Source: Candidatus Aenigmatarchaeota archaeon (GTDB lineage: Archaea > Aenigmatarchaeota > Aenigmatarchaeia > PWEA01 > JACQIF01). Taken from it: 64,000 nt of DNA. The DNA lies in the NCBI GenBank assembly GCA_016432325.1, contig CP066684.1:160001-224000 (forward strand), read 5' to 3'. How positions within the stretch are numbered: the first letter of the stretch is position 1; every line of letters begins with the position of its first letter. Of the stretch, positions 10,387-20,034 are shown piece after piece. Both the position numbers and the translations under genes were made by a program. Under the pieces are notes generated by a model. It saw only the letters and a list, made by a program, of their open reading frames with translations, had not been told where the DNA came from and made no database searches.

Positions 10387-11199
10387 TCACGAGCCTCTAA
10401 GCGTTCGCCGGCTTTCTTCCAGCTCGTCGTCCACGTCCTTTATTTTGTTGAGAGCGTCGACAGCCTGCGCGGCTGCGGATGCGATATCGCCTCTTTGCAG
10501 AGTCTCCTTGGCTTCTTCGAGGATGCTCTTCGCTTCGTCTATCCTGCCCTGCGCGTCGACTATCGCGTTGTGCATGTCAGGGTCGCGCTCCGTTTCTATT
10601 TTTTCCACGGTCTCTGTCGCCGCGTTTATAATTTGCGTGACGCGTTCCGCGGACTCTTCCAGCGCTTTTTCCATGGCCGGCCGCGTCAGCTTGACGGCTT
10701 GCACGGGATCGTCTTTTTTCAGAGCCTCCACGGCCTTGTTTCCGGCCTCCTCGTCTTTTTTCGTATCAAGCCCGAGAGATTCCTTGAGAGCGGAGGCTGT
10801 TTCCAAAGACGAGATGTTTTCCTTGGCTGCCCCGAACTTGTTGAAGAACATACGGCTGAGCGTAACCGCGGGGAAGAAGCCCAGAGCGATTTCCAGGGTG
10901 TCGCCCACGACAGGTATGAAGCTCAGCGGTATAAGGTTTGCGGCTTCCCACGCCAGAAAGAGACCGACTCCTGTGCCTGATATCTTCTTCTCCTTGTTGA
11001 ATATCATCATCGCCGCAATCCAGTCTCCGATGTCTATTCCGATGAGGCCCAGTCCGAAGACGAAGTTGTCCGCGAACGAGAACAGGCCGTCGACCAGAAA
11101 GTCATAAGCCAGAGTCTCGATGTACCTGCGGAACACGAGGGCCAGCGCCACGAAAAGGACGATGCCTGCGCCAAGAACGATTGTCGCATCCAGTGCCAT
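10387..11199 (-). CDS. hypothetical membrane protein with C-terminal coiled coil
   Basis: Hydrophobic N-terminal half, E/K/A-rich helical C-terminal half. Confidence 0.7.
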   Translation of the reverse strand: MALDATIVLGAGIVLFVALALVFRRYIETLAYDFLVDGLFSFADNFVFGLGLIGIDIGDWIAAMMIFNKEKKISGTGVGLFLAWEAANLIPLSFIPVVGDTLEIALGFFPAVTLSRMFFNKFGAAKENISSLETASALKESLGLDTKKDEEAGNKAVEALKKDDPVQAVKLTRPAMEKALEESAERVTQIINAATETVEKIETERDPDMHNAIVDAQGRIDEAKSILEEAKETLQRGDIASAAAQAVDALNKIKDVDDELEESRRTLRGS

Positions 11200-11200
11200 G

Positions 11201-12091
11201 TTACGGCGCCTCCGGCAGGCGGATTCTTATATAGTCGGTTTCCGTTTTCTCTCCTGCAGCGTCGACCACGATTCCCACGCTTCCTTCCGTGTATTGGCTG
11301 TCAATAAGGAACGCATCCCATTCGTCCGGCTCTTGCGTTCCCTCGGCCCACGCCTTTCCGAAATAGGTGCCGTCGCCTTCCGACGACACTTCAAAGAGAT
11401 ACCATTTCTGCGGGTCCCATTTCCATTCGTACGTGGCACTGCCTTTCTTCACGTCTCCCTTCCAGAACGCGATCTCTGTGGTTGCGGCGTTGCGGTCCGA
11501 CACTCCAAAAGCATATCCTCCGTCATTTTGAAGAAACGCCACCTGCGGCGAGTCGCCCTTCATCTTTGTTGCGAGAATCCATGCGCCTCTTTTCATAATC
11601 GTTCTGTCCAGCGCGAGTCCGGTTCCCATATTCCTGACCACAGCGTTCCCGTTGGATATGTTCAACGTCACGCCTTCTGTTTGCCAATCCGGCTGCTCGT
11701 TAAACTCTTCATTGTAGACGCACAGTTCCGCTTCAGCCGACGTTATTGAAAAAGAGCTGACGCCTTCTATCTTTACACGGCACGGTCCGGGCACAAGTTG
11801 CAGAACGAGTTCCCCTGTCCTGCCGGGCGCTATGGGTTCGGCCTGTTCGTATGCGAACGCGCGGCCGTTGACGAGCAGGCGCACGCTTCCGGGCCTGATT
11901 TCCTCTGTTCCGTCGTTGCGCACCAGGACCGTGCTGTCCCTTACGCTCTGTATGGTAAAGCTGGTCGCCAGCGGGCCTGTCAGGTCCGCCTCGTGCGGCG
12001 CGCCCGCTAGCGCATATGCGGCTATGGCCAATACTACGAGAATGATGACAAACATCGCGGCTATCGAAGTCGTGGGGTTCACGCCTTTCAT
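11201..12091 (-). CDS. secreted protein with class III (pilin-like) signal peptide and beta-rich domains
   Basis: MKG|VNP followed by a hydrophobic helix; VRNDG..I Ig-like motif; lectin-like C-term. Confidence 0.6.
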   Translation of the reverse strand: MKGVNPTTSIAAMFVIILVVLAIAAYALAGAPHEADLTGPLATSFTIQSVRDSTVLVRNDGTEEIRPGSVRLLVNGRAFAYEQAEPIAPGRTGELVLQLVPGPCRVKIEGVSSFSITSAEAELCVYNEEFNEQPDWQTEGVTLNISNGNAVVRNMGTGLALDRTIMKRGAWILATKMKGDSPQVAFLQNDGGYAFGVSDRNAATTEIAFWKGDVKKGSATYEWKWDPQKWYLFEVSSEGDGTYFGKAWAEGTQEPDEWDAFLIDSQYTEGSVGIVVDAAGEKTETDYIRIRLPEAP

Positions 12092-12114
12092 GTGCGTATA
12101 TCGTTCGGGTAGGC

Positions 12115-12852
12115 TTAAAAGGCTTTGTTTTCAAGCATCTCGCGTTCTATATCGTTCAGCTCTGCGGGGATTATCAACACGGCAGGCGTAGGCATGGCCG
12201 TTCGTTTGAGCTCCGCCAGCGTCGCGTAAGATATCACGTCGGTTTCTCCGAAAGACGCGGCCACGGCCTTCCTCGTTTCTCCTATCATGCCTTTTCTCTT
12301 TTCCTTCTCCGCCGCCTCCAGCAGTTCGACGGCTTCCTTCACAGTCATCGGCCTGTCGCCCACGTCGAGAAGACACAGCGTGTGCGCTCCGACGCGCAGG
12401 TTCTCCAGAATGACGTCGTAGAAGCTTAGCGGCGCGAAGCCCTCCTGCGGTCGCGGAAGCGTGCACGTCTTGCCGAACTTGTATATTGAGAGGCCGGTTG
12501 AAGCGACGGCGGATATGACGGACGGCGCATGGATAACGCGCACGTCAACTCCCAGCCTCTTCGCTTCCAGAAACAGCGCGACGTGTGTGGTCGCTACCAG
12601 AGGGTCCCCGGGAACTAGAACGGCCACGTCGCGCGTGCGCGAATCCTCGAGAAGCTTTCCCATTCCCTCTTCCATGTCGCCGCGTTTCAGTTCCGTTATA
12701 GTCTTGCGCAGCCTCTCTTCCAGCGCCTCTTTCCCTTTCCATTTGGACGTGTAGAGCTCTATGCAGATGCGCTCGCACGCTTGCATAGTTTCGAGACCTT
12801 TCAGCGTGATGTCTCGTTCGTCGTGCAGTCCTACTCCTATGAGATAGAGCAT
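12115..12852 (-). CDS. dph5: diphthine synthase
   Basis: MLYLIGVGL..DITLKG, ELYTS, GDPLVATTH, YKFGKT, HTLCLLD. Confidence 0.95.
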   Translation of the reverse strand: MLYLIGVGLHDERDITLKGLETMQACERICIELYTSKWKGKEALEERLRKTITELKRGDMEEGMGKLLEDSRTRDVAVLVPGDPLVATTHVALFLEAKRLGVDVRVIHAPSVISAVASTGLSIYKFGKTCTLPRPQEGFAPLSFYDVILENLRVGAHTLCLLDVGDRPMTVKEAVELLEAAEKEKRKGMIGETRKAVAASFGETDVISYATLAELKRTAMPTPAVLIIPAELNDIEREMLENKAF

Positions 12853-12904
12853 GGAATCAGGTTCGTGCAACACACTATAAATATAGGGCCGAAACAGTCC
12901 GCAT

Positions 12905-13276
12905 ATGGACTGGACGAAAGCGCTGACGCTCGGCATCGCCGACTACATCATGGTGTTCATGCTTCTGATGGCCGCCGATCTGGCGTACCTGTCCCGAAGC
13001 TCCATGGAGATAGTGGCTGTAGTCCTGAACCTTTTCCTTGTTCTGTTTCTGGCCTACTACTATTTCCGCTGGGTGGGCGTCCGCACGAAAAACGACGGCA
13101 TTTTCCTCGGCGGCTCGTGGGTTGTCGTCGCGTTCGTGCTTGAGGCCGCCCTAGGCGCGACGGGCTTTTCCAGAGGGCCGTTCGTGGGCGACGTCTCCTT
13201 TTGGCTGTACAGTTTCGAACGTCTGGCGCTACCGATGGTTTTCAGCAGCGGGCTGATAGAAATCAAGGGTGCCTAA
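12905..13276 (+). CDS. hypothetical 4-TM membrane protein
   Basis: Four hydrophobic segments; TATA-like ATAAATAT upstream. Confidence 0.65.
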   Translation: MDWTKALTLGIADYIMVFMLLMAADLAYLSRSSMEIVAVVLNLFLVLFLAYYYFRWVGVRTKNDGIFLGGSWVVVAFVLEAALGATGFSRGPFVGDVSFWLYSFERLALPMVFSSGLIEIKGA

Positions 13277-13317
13277 CAGTTGTACTATTTATAAAAGTTC
13301 GGGGCTAGGGAAAGCGT

Positions 13318-14220
13318 ATGGACAAATCCAAACCGATGGAGCGAGAAGAGGTTATCGGTGTCAGAAAGGATTTGGAAATGTTGGGTTTGACGATGCATGG
13401 GGCGTCGATAGTGCTGAGTCTTGCAGAGGCGCCAGCTGAGGGAATCACGGCGGCTGAGATATGCGATCTCTCGAGGAGGGCGGGCGCGAATATATTCAGA
13501 ACGAAGGTCTACAGCGAAATAAGCAAACTTGAGGAAAAAGGACTGGTGCTGCAGACAGGGGGGAACGCAGAATACGCGAAGCGATTTTGTCTCGCCCACG
13601 ATTACTCGGAGACAATCGGCATCCTCGCGGGGAGACTCTCGGAACCCGTAGAGACGGCGCGGACGAGACTTCTCGCGTCTTCAAGGCAGATTCAGAACGG
13701 ATACGCGACAGACACTACGGGAGGAATAGGAACCATAACATCGGATAGAGTTATAACGAGAATAAAACACGAAACTCTCGACGGGGCCGAAGAAGAGATA
13801 TTGCTGATGATCGGGCAATCGCCAACATCTTTGTTGGATAGAAGGTCAGGGGACATTGTGAGGAGTAGGGCGCGGAGCATTGGCGTGAAATGTCTCTTGG
13901 CCGAACCCGGTACGATTAAGGACGCCGTTAACAGAAGGAGATGCGGTCTCCTAGAAAAGTCACTGGAAACGGCTGGCGTGGACACCGGATATCACGAACC
14001 GCGGTCCCTTGAAATGATCGTTGCCGATTCGGAGGAAGCTTTGGTGTTCGTATACCCTTCGGGCATGATGGAATCGATGAGCCCGGCAAAGGTTCTGTTC
14101 TCCACAGGAACCGAATTCGCCCGCGATATGCGAGACCTTTTCCTCTCCAAGTTCCCGAAGGCCGGGGTCGCGAAGGAGTCACCACCCATAATACAGCCTC
14201 TCGGCGAGGGAACTGGGTAG
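13318..14220 (+). CDS. TrmB family transcriptional regulator
   Basis: LEMLGLT..wHTH with RTKVY..L..KGLV; C-term AEEEI..IVAD..EAL domain. Confidence 0.8.
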   Translation: MDKSKPMEREEVIGVRKDLEMLGLTMHGASIVLSLAEAPAEGITAAEICDLSRRAGANIFRTKVYSEISKLEEKGLVLQTGGNAEYAKRFCLAHDYSETIGILAGRLSEPVETARTRLLASSRQIQNGYATDTTGGIGTITSDRVITRIKHETLDGAEEEILLMIGQSPTSLLDRRSGDIVRSRARSIGVKCLLAEPGTIKDAVNRRRCGLLEKSLETAGVDTGYHEPRSLEMIVADSEEALVFVYPSGMMESMSPAKVLFSTGTEFARDMRDLFLSKFPKAGVAKESPPIIQPLGEGTG

Positions 14221-14880
14221 GCCGGCGCGCTTCATCGAATCGACCACCATGTTTATGTTGTACGGGACGCGGTGAAAGTTGAGCTGGCGCGTTTCGGTGT
14301 CGAGGAACACATAGCATGCCCGCGCGTCCTTGTCTCTAGGCGCACCGACAGAGCCGACGTTCACCAGCAGTTTGTCTTCCCACTGGCGCACGAAAGGCAT
14401 GTGCGTGTGGCACGTAAGGATTATGTCCGCGCGCGTGCGCTCGAACATAGTCTGCATCTGCGCGGACGTGACGTTTGCATAGACCTCCCCCGTCTTCAGG
14501 TTTTCCGGAGAGCCGTGCACGAGCAGTACTTCCAGTCCGTCGCTCTTCAGGCCGACGTATTCTTCCATCTTCTCCAAGAAGCGCCTGTTTTCCGGTGTAA
14601 GCGTGCGTGACGTCCATTCGAGAGTCTGGGCGGCCTCGGTATCCATGTTTGCGACGTCGTTTTCAATGATCGCGCGGTCGTGATCGCCTTTGACGGCAAG
14701 CAGTTTCCGCATGCTTCTCAAAATCGTGCAGACATCGTTCGGGTTGGGTCCTATTCCGACGGCGTCCCCTCCGAAGAGGTAGAAGTTAATCGCCGGCCCG
14801 TAGGTGATGTTTGCGTGGTCCATTACGGCGCGGAGCGCGGCGTGGTTGGCGTGGACGTCGGCGAAAGCAATGTATTTCAT
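14179..14880 (-). CDS. calcineurin-like metallophosphoesterase
   Basis: DVHAN, GDAVG, GDHD, HGSP, HTH, NVGSVG. Confidence 0.9.
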   Translation of the reverse strand: MKYIAFADVHANHAALRAVMDHANITYGPAINFYLFGGDAVGIGPNPNDVCTILRSMRKLLAVKGDHDRAIIENDVANMDTEAAQTLEWTSRTLTPENRRFLEKMEEYVGLKSDGLEVLLVHGSPENLKTGEVYANVTSAQMQTMFERTRADIILTCHTHMPFVRQWEDKLLVNVGSVGAPRDKDARACYVFLDTETRQLNFHRVPYNINMVVDSMKRAGLPSSLAERLYYGW

Positions 14881-14929
14881 GGTTTAAGTTAAGGAATGCG
14901 GATAAAAATACGTTTAGCGGTGTGATTGT

Positions 14930-15715
14930 ATGGAGCAGCGTGTGAAGATTCCGGGTTCGTATGACGTCGTGGGAGACATAGCAATAATTGAGCTGTCTGA
15001 CGCGGCTATGCCCCAGCGCCGCAAGATAGCGAACGCTCTGATGGAGAGGCACAAGAACATACGCACGGTTCTTCTGAAACTTGCGGGGCGCAAAGGAACG
15101 TACCGCGTGCGCGGTTACGAGCATCTGGCCGGGCAAAGGAAGACGCGTACGACGCACGCGGAGAGCGGTTGCAGGTTCGCCGTGGACGTCGCGCGTGCGT
15201 ATTTTTCCGTGCGCGAAGGCTCCGAACGTTTGCGCATCGCGCGTTACGTTAAAGACAAGGAACGCGTTCTTGTGATGTTCGCCGGCGTCGGCCCGTATGC
15301 CATAATAATAGCCAAGCAGAAGGACGCCGAGGTCTGCGCGATAGAGATGAATCCCGTGGCCTGTTCATCGATGCAGGCGAACGTGAGAACGAACAAGGTC
15401 ATGCACCGCGTCTTCCCGTATTGCGGCGACGTCCGTACGATAGCGCCGAAGCTCGGCCTCTTCGACCGCGTGGTGATGCCTCTTCCGAAAGAGGGCTACA
15501 TGTATCTGGATGTCGCGCTGCGCGTGCTCAAGAAAGGCGGTATCGTCCACTTCTATTCCGTCGAGCCGAAAGAAGACCTGTGGAAGAATCCGTTGGAGCA
15601 GTTGACGCGCGCGGCCCAGAAGGCGACGCGCCGCGTTCACATTCTGGACAAGCACATCGTTCTTCCTTACGCGCCGCGCGTGTACAAGGTGTGTGTGGAC
15701 GCGAGGGTGGACTAA
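14930..15715 (+). CDS. Trm5/Taw2 (Met-10+) family tRNA methyltransferase
   Basis: SYDVVGDIAI, E.G..F..D...YFS.R...ER, MFAGVGPY, FDRVVMPLP. Confidence 0.88.
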   Translation: MEQRVKIPGSYDVVGDIAIIELSDAAMPQRRKIANALMERHKNIRTVLLKLAGRKGTYRVRGYEHLAGQRKTRTTHAESGCRFAVDVARAYFSVREGSERLRIARYVKDKERVLVMFAGVGPYAIIIAKQKDAEVCAIEMNPVACSSMQANVRTNKVMHRVFPYCGDVRTIAPKLGLFDRVVMPLPKEGYMYLDVALRVLKKGGIVHFYSVEPKEDLWKNPLEQLTRAAQKATRRVHILDKHIVLPYAPRVYKVCVDARVD

Positions 15716-15718
15716 ACC

Positions 15719-15726
15719 TATTTAAG
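15719..15726 (+). promoter_or_regulatory. TATA box of SRP RNA gene
   Basis: TATTTAAG starting 27 nt before the predicted 5' end. Confidence 0.65.
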
Positions 15727-15745
15727 GATAATCGGAGTTCCTTCT

Positions 15746-16013
15746 GTGGGATAGGCCGGGGGAGCTAGGGGTCCCTTGCAAGCGCAAACCCTCTACAGCG
15801 CGGCCGAAAAGCCTGGAGAGGTCCGGTTGTACGGCAGGCCTCAGGAACTGACTGAGAAGTCCTGTCCTTCTGGAGCGCTTCAGGCGCGAACCTGGTCAGG
15901 CCCGGAAGGGAGCAGCCATAAGCGTCTGCAACGCTGTTAGAAGGGTAGCAGGATGGAGAAGGCTTCTGGGACAACCTTCCGTGTGACCAAAGATCCATCC
16001 AGGCGAATCCCAT
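15746..16013 (+). ncRNA. ffs: archaeal SRP (7S) RNA
   Basis: Helix 1 GTGGGAT/ATCCCAT; Alu-type 5' region TAGGCCGGGGG..GGGGTCCC..AAGCGC; helix 8 CAGG-CCC-GGAA-GGG-AGCA at 15893-15918. Confidence 0.92.
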
Positions 16014-16034
16014 CAATCTATACGTTGGATTATC

Positions 16035-16565
16035 TTATCGCTTCCTAAGTCGATACGCTGTGTAAATCGTTATCGCCAATCCGGCACCAATACCGGCGGC
16101 GACAAGCCCGCGGGACCACCACTCGTCCGGCAACCCATCGGCCAGCTTGTTCATCAGATCCGGATACCGATCGTGGAAGTCAGTAAGGGCCTGTTTAGAA
16201 CCTTCTATTACCCCGTCCACATCGAAAAGATCGGGCCTTATATACCGTTCAACGCCGTGCACAATAGACTCTGCGAACTCACCGGTCTCGGCGTCCGTCA
16301 GGACTCCGTCGGCCAACTTGCGTTCCACGAGGTCTCCTTCAAACTCTGGCGTATTATAAACCGCAACACGTGCACCGAGATGTGTCAGAGGGCTGTTGCC
16401 TACCACAACGTCCGCAACCCTGATTCTCAAATCATCGTTGACCGCGTCGCCGAGGACGCTTGCGTCGGTAGGAAAGACGGTCGGAGATGCGATGCCACCA
16501 ACCGCTCCGAGTATTGCACCAGAGACGGTCGAATTTCGCAGGGCATTCTTCTCTATTTTGGCCAT
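16035..16565 (-). CDS. hypothetical protein with terminal hydrophobic segments
   Basis: Start uncertain (16565 or 16658); C-terminal TM plus basic tail. Confidence 0.55.
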   Translation of the reverse strand: MAKIEKNALRNSTVSGAILGAVGGIASPTVFPTDASVLGDAVNDDLRIRVADVVVGNSPLTHLGARVAVYNTPEFEGDLVERKLADGVLTDAETGEFAESIVHGVERYIRPDLFDVDGVIEGSKQALTDFHDRYPDLMNKLADGLPDEWWSRGLVAAGIGAGLAITIYTAYRLRKR

Positions 16566-16673
16566 ACGCACTATAGGAACCGCAATCTTTAAATTCGCAT
16601 TTCGACTTCTCTTGCGCAGATACAACAGTATCCCATTTATTAATCTGGTTCTATACACGGTATGCGTGGTCCA

Positions 16674-17423
16674 ATGAACATCAAATCTTCCGAAGTGCTC
16701 GGCCTTCTCGTGCTCGTGCTGGCCATAGGAATCGCTTCCGGGTACTCGATGGCTCAGCCCCAGTTCGCCCAGCTTGCGCCCTTTCAGGCAGACGGTGCCG
16801 GCACGATCTCAGAGGCCCATACGAGTCTCGTGGCCGTTGACAAGGCGGGACACGGCGTCGTCACAGGACTGGACGTGAAGACCGTTCCAGGCAGCGGACG
16901 CATACTCGTTGACATAGACAGCCTCATATTCTTCGTCGATACGCAGCAGTCGATACAGACGGCGCGCGAAGTCGCAGAGGACTATCTGAACACAAACGTC
17001 ACGGACCGCGACATAGTATACACTATTAAAATAGAAAACAGCAGCATCGTCGGCGGAGAGAGCGCTGGCGGAGCGCTGACCGTTGCGACCATCGCCGCGC
17101 TTACTGGGAAACCTCTCAGAGGCGATACTGTCATGACAGGCACCGTAAACCAGGACGGAACAATCGGCAAGATAGGAGGGTTGGAGGAAAAGGCCAGAGC
17201 GGCGAAAGAGGCCGGCTACTCGGTTCTCCTTGTGCCTGCAGGGCAGGGAGCGCAGACGACTGTCGAGAAGATGAGAACGTGCGAGAGGGTCGGCAGGTCG
17301 ACCGTTTGCACCGTTGCGTTCAAACAGAACAACGTGAGCATCGGGGAAGACATAGGCATCACGGTGGTAGAGGTCGCGAACATACAGGATGTCGTTGACC
17401 ACTTCTTGAGCGAGGGAATATGA
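16674..17423 (+). CDS. Lon-like (S16) serine protease domain protein, membrane anchored
   Basis: GGESAGGALT and GGLEEK Ser-Lys dyad, MTGTV..DGTIG. Confidence 0.88.
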   Translation: MNIKSSEVLGLLVLVLAIGIASGYSMAQPQFAQLAPFQADGAGTISEAHTSLVAVDKAGHGVVTGLDVKTVPGSGRILVDIDSLIFFVDTQQSIQTAREVAEDYLNTNVTDRDIVYTIKIENSSIVGGESAGGALTVATIAALTGKPLRGDTVMTGTVNQDGTIGKIGGLEEKARAAKEAGYSVLLVPAGQGAQTTVEKMRTCERVGRSTVCTVAFKQNNVSIGEDIGITVVEVANIQDVVDHFLSEGI

Positions 17424-18028
17424 TAACCATTGTGGGAACGTCACACGTCTCTCCGGAGAGCGGGAAGGCCGTATCAAAGTCAATGAAGAACAAGGACTGC
17501 GTGTGCGTCGAACTGGACGCCCTGAGATACCACGCGATTACGACGAACGAGAAAAGGCAGCCTCCCGGAATCTTTCTGAAAGTCCTGCACTTCATACAGC
17601 AGCGCCTCGGCAAGGCTACGGGAACGGCTCCCGGGGATGACATGATATCTGCGGTAAAGGCGGGGCAGGAGGCGGGGATACCGGTCTATCTTATAGACCA
17701 GGACTTCCGGGTTACCCTTTCAAAGCTCAGGGGCGTGCCGCTTATGGAAAAACTGGCCGTGTTCGTTCCTATCTTCCTGACGCCCTTGAAGTTCGACCTG
17801 TCCAAGATACCCGAAAAGCGCGTTGTCGATTCGGCGCTTGGCATGTTGCGCAAAACCGCGCCTCGCATGCATAACGTGCTCGTCACCGAAAGAAACGCAT
17901 ACATGGCCGCGCAGATAACGCGCATCGCGCAGAAACACAAGAACGTCCTTGTCGTCGTCGGCGCGGGCCACGCGGCGGGTCTCCAAAAGCTATTAAAGTC
18001 GGCGGGCCTCAGGGTTAGAGTGGTATAA
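17420..18028 (+). CDS. TraB family protein
   Basis: IVGTSHVS, VCVELD..R, LID, ERNAYM, VVVGAGH. Confidence 0.9.
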   Translation: MITIVGTSHVSPESGKAVSKSMKNKDCVCVELDALRYHAITTNEKRQPPGIFLKVLHFIQQRLGKATGTAPGDDMISAVKAGQEAGIPVYLIDQDFRVTLSKLRGVPLMEKLAVFVPIFLTPLKFDLSKIPEKRVVDSALGMLRKTAPRMHNVLVTERNAYMAAQITRIAQKHKNVLVVVGAGHAAGLQKLLKSAGLRVRVV

Positions 18029-18615
18029 TGAGTTTTTCCCAAACGGAGATCAGGGACATTGCAGTATCTACCATAGTCCTGGCAATGGCATTTGGTTACG
18101 GTCTGATACAGGAGCTCGGGCCTTATGCAGGGCTTTCCATAGCTTTTGTCGTTGTCGGCATCGGGTTTCTCGCGCACGAGCTGATGCACCGCGCTGCCGC
18201 GCACCGCTTCGGCGCGGTCGCCGAGTATCGCGCCTACCCGTTCGGACTTTTGCTGGCGCTCGTCCTTTCCGTGGCGTCAGGCGGCGGCTTCGTCTTCGCG
18301 GCTCCGGGAGCCGTATACATCTCGCACCACAAAACCGGTCGCTGGCACCGCTCGATGGACGAGAGAATAAGCGTTGAAGAGAGCGGCGTCATCTCTCTCG
18401 CAGGGCCCTTGACGAACATCGCGCTGGCCGTTGCATTCCTGGCGCTCAACGCGCTTGTTCCCTTCTCAATCTTCAAGATAGCCGCGCAGGTTAACGCGTT
18501 CCTGGCGCTGTTCAATCTCCTGCCTTTCCATCCGCTGGACGGCGGGAAGATATTCCTATGGGACAGGAAGGTATGGGCATTCGCGTTTATCGCGGCCGCG
18601 ATAGGGTGGCTCTAA
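18028..18615 (+). CDS. M50 (site-2) family membrane metalloprotease
   Basis: HELMH, FAAPGAV, AGPLTN, FNLLP..LDGG. Confidence 0.9.
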   Translation: MSFSQTEIRDIAVSTIVLAMAFGYGLIQELGPYAGLSIAFVVVGIGFLAHELMHRAAAHRFGAVAEYRAYPFGLLLALVLSVASGGGFVFAAPGAVYISHHKTGRWHRSMDERISVEESGVISLAGPLTNIALAVAFLALNALVPFSIFKIAAQVNAFLALFNLLPFHPLDGGKIFLWDRKVWAFAFIAAAIGWL

Positions 18616-18688
18616 CTTTATATCGCGCCTCACCCATTTCTTCGCATGAAGTTTACCGCTCAGAGAGCCAAGAGGGACCGGTAAATGC

Positions 18689-18706
18689 ATGAAACTGCGG
18701 TTTCAT
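18689..18706 (+). repeat. dispersed palindrome TGAAACTGCGGTTTCA, copy 1
   Basis: Identical 16-mer at 54104-54119; sits inside a longer hairpin GTAAAT...ATTTAC. Confidence 0.75.
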
Positions 18707-18741
18707 ATTTACTTCGCAGAGATATGGGAGGTGCTCGGTAA

Positions 18742-20034
18742 ATGCCCGTCCGTCCAATAGTCATCGGCAGAGACGAAGAGGACGCGAAGCGTTTTGGCGA
18801 ACTGGGCACGATCACCCTCGGCAAGCACATCGTCGGCACAGGCGAGGACGCGCATCTCACGAACACGATAGTGATGGACGTCGCGCGTCCGCACGTGATG
18901 CTCGTTCTGGGCAAGCGCGGCCAGGGCAAGTCCTACACGCTCGCGACCATAGCAGAAGGCGTAACAGAGCTGCCTAAGGATATCCGCTCGAACCTCTCTG
19001 TCGTGATAATCGATACCATGGGAATCTTCTGGTCCATGAAAAATCCGAACGAAAAACAGGTCGAACTCCTCGCCGCGTGGGGTCTTCAACCCAAGGCTTT
19101 CGACGTTACGGTTTACGTGCCGCACGGCCACAAGGATTTCTTCCATAAGGAGGGCATCCCTTACGACGGGACGTACGCTTTGAATCCGTCTGACCTTACT
19201 CCAGAGGACTGGGCGCTGTCTTTCGAACTGTCTCTGATAGACCCGACTGGCATACTTCTCGATCGTGTCGTGCGCAAGCTGAAAGAGAGCGGCAGCTATG
19301 GAATCGACGACATCATAGAAGCCGTAGACGCGGACAGGCGGGCCGAGCCGAAAGTCAAGGAAGCCCTGCAGAACCGCCTGCTTTCGGCAAAGGAGTGGGG
19401 TCTCTTCTCGTCGCGCGGCACGCCGATAGAGGAGCTCCTGCAGCCCGGCAAGGTTTCTATAATCGACACGTCGCTCTTCAGCCAGCTCGGGGAAGGATGG
19501 AGCGTGCGCTCGCTTCTTGTGGGTTTGGTGGCTCGTCGCATATACGAAGCCCGCATCGCCGCCCGCAGGCGCGAGGAGACAGAACTGATCACCGGTACGG
19601 TCGCCAAGAAGAAGATTCCTTTGACGTGGTTGATGATAGACGAGGCGCACCAGTTCCTGCCGGCGGACGGACGTACAGCGGCCACTGAAGCGCTGCTCTC
19701 TCTCGTGAAGCAGGGCCGCCAGCCCGGCATTTCCTGCGTGTTCGCCACTCAACGCCCGAACAAGCTTCACGAGGACGCGATATCGCAGGCCGACCTCGTG
19801 CTCACGCACCGCCTGACAGTAAAGGCGGACATCGATGCGCTGCGCAGCATCATGCAGACGTACGTTCTTTTCGACATCACGAAATATCTCAATGAACTGC
19901 CTCGCGAGAAAGGTGTGGCGCTTGTGCTGGACGACAATTCGGAACGCCTGTTTACGTTGAAGGTAAAACCGCGCCAGTCATGGCATGCAGGCGACACGCC
20001 GATAGCGCTGAGAGTGAAGGAAGGGCTGGTTTAG
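18742..20034 (+). CDS. HerA-like (DUF87) ATPase
   Basis: GKRGQGKS Walker A, LMIDEAH Walker B, GRQPG, ATQRP. Confidence 0.88.
   Translation: MPVRPIVIGRDEEDAKRFGELGTITLGKHIVGTGEDAHLTNTIVMDVARPHVMLVLGKRGQGKSYTLATIAEGVTELPKDIRSNLSVVIIDTMGIFWSMKNPNEKQVELLAAWGLQPKAFDVTVYVPHGHKDFFHKEGIPYDGTYALNPSDLTPEDWALSFELSLIDPTGILLDRVVRKLKESGSYGIDDIIEAVDADRRAEPKVKEALQNRLLSAKEWGLFSSRGTPIEELLQPGKVSIIDTSLFSQLGEGWSVRSLLVGLVARRIYEARIAARRREETELITGTVAKKKIPLTWLMIDEAHQFLPADGRTAATEALLSLVKQGRQPGISCVFATQRPNKLHEDAISQADLVLTHRLTVKADIDALRSIMQTYVLFDITKYLNELPREKGVALVLDDNSERLFTLKVKPRQSWHAGDTPIALRVKEGLV

Noticed and set aside
15765-16016. 83-aa minus-strand ORF
   Set aside because: Antisense to the SRP RNA
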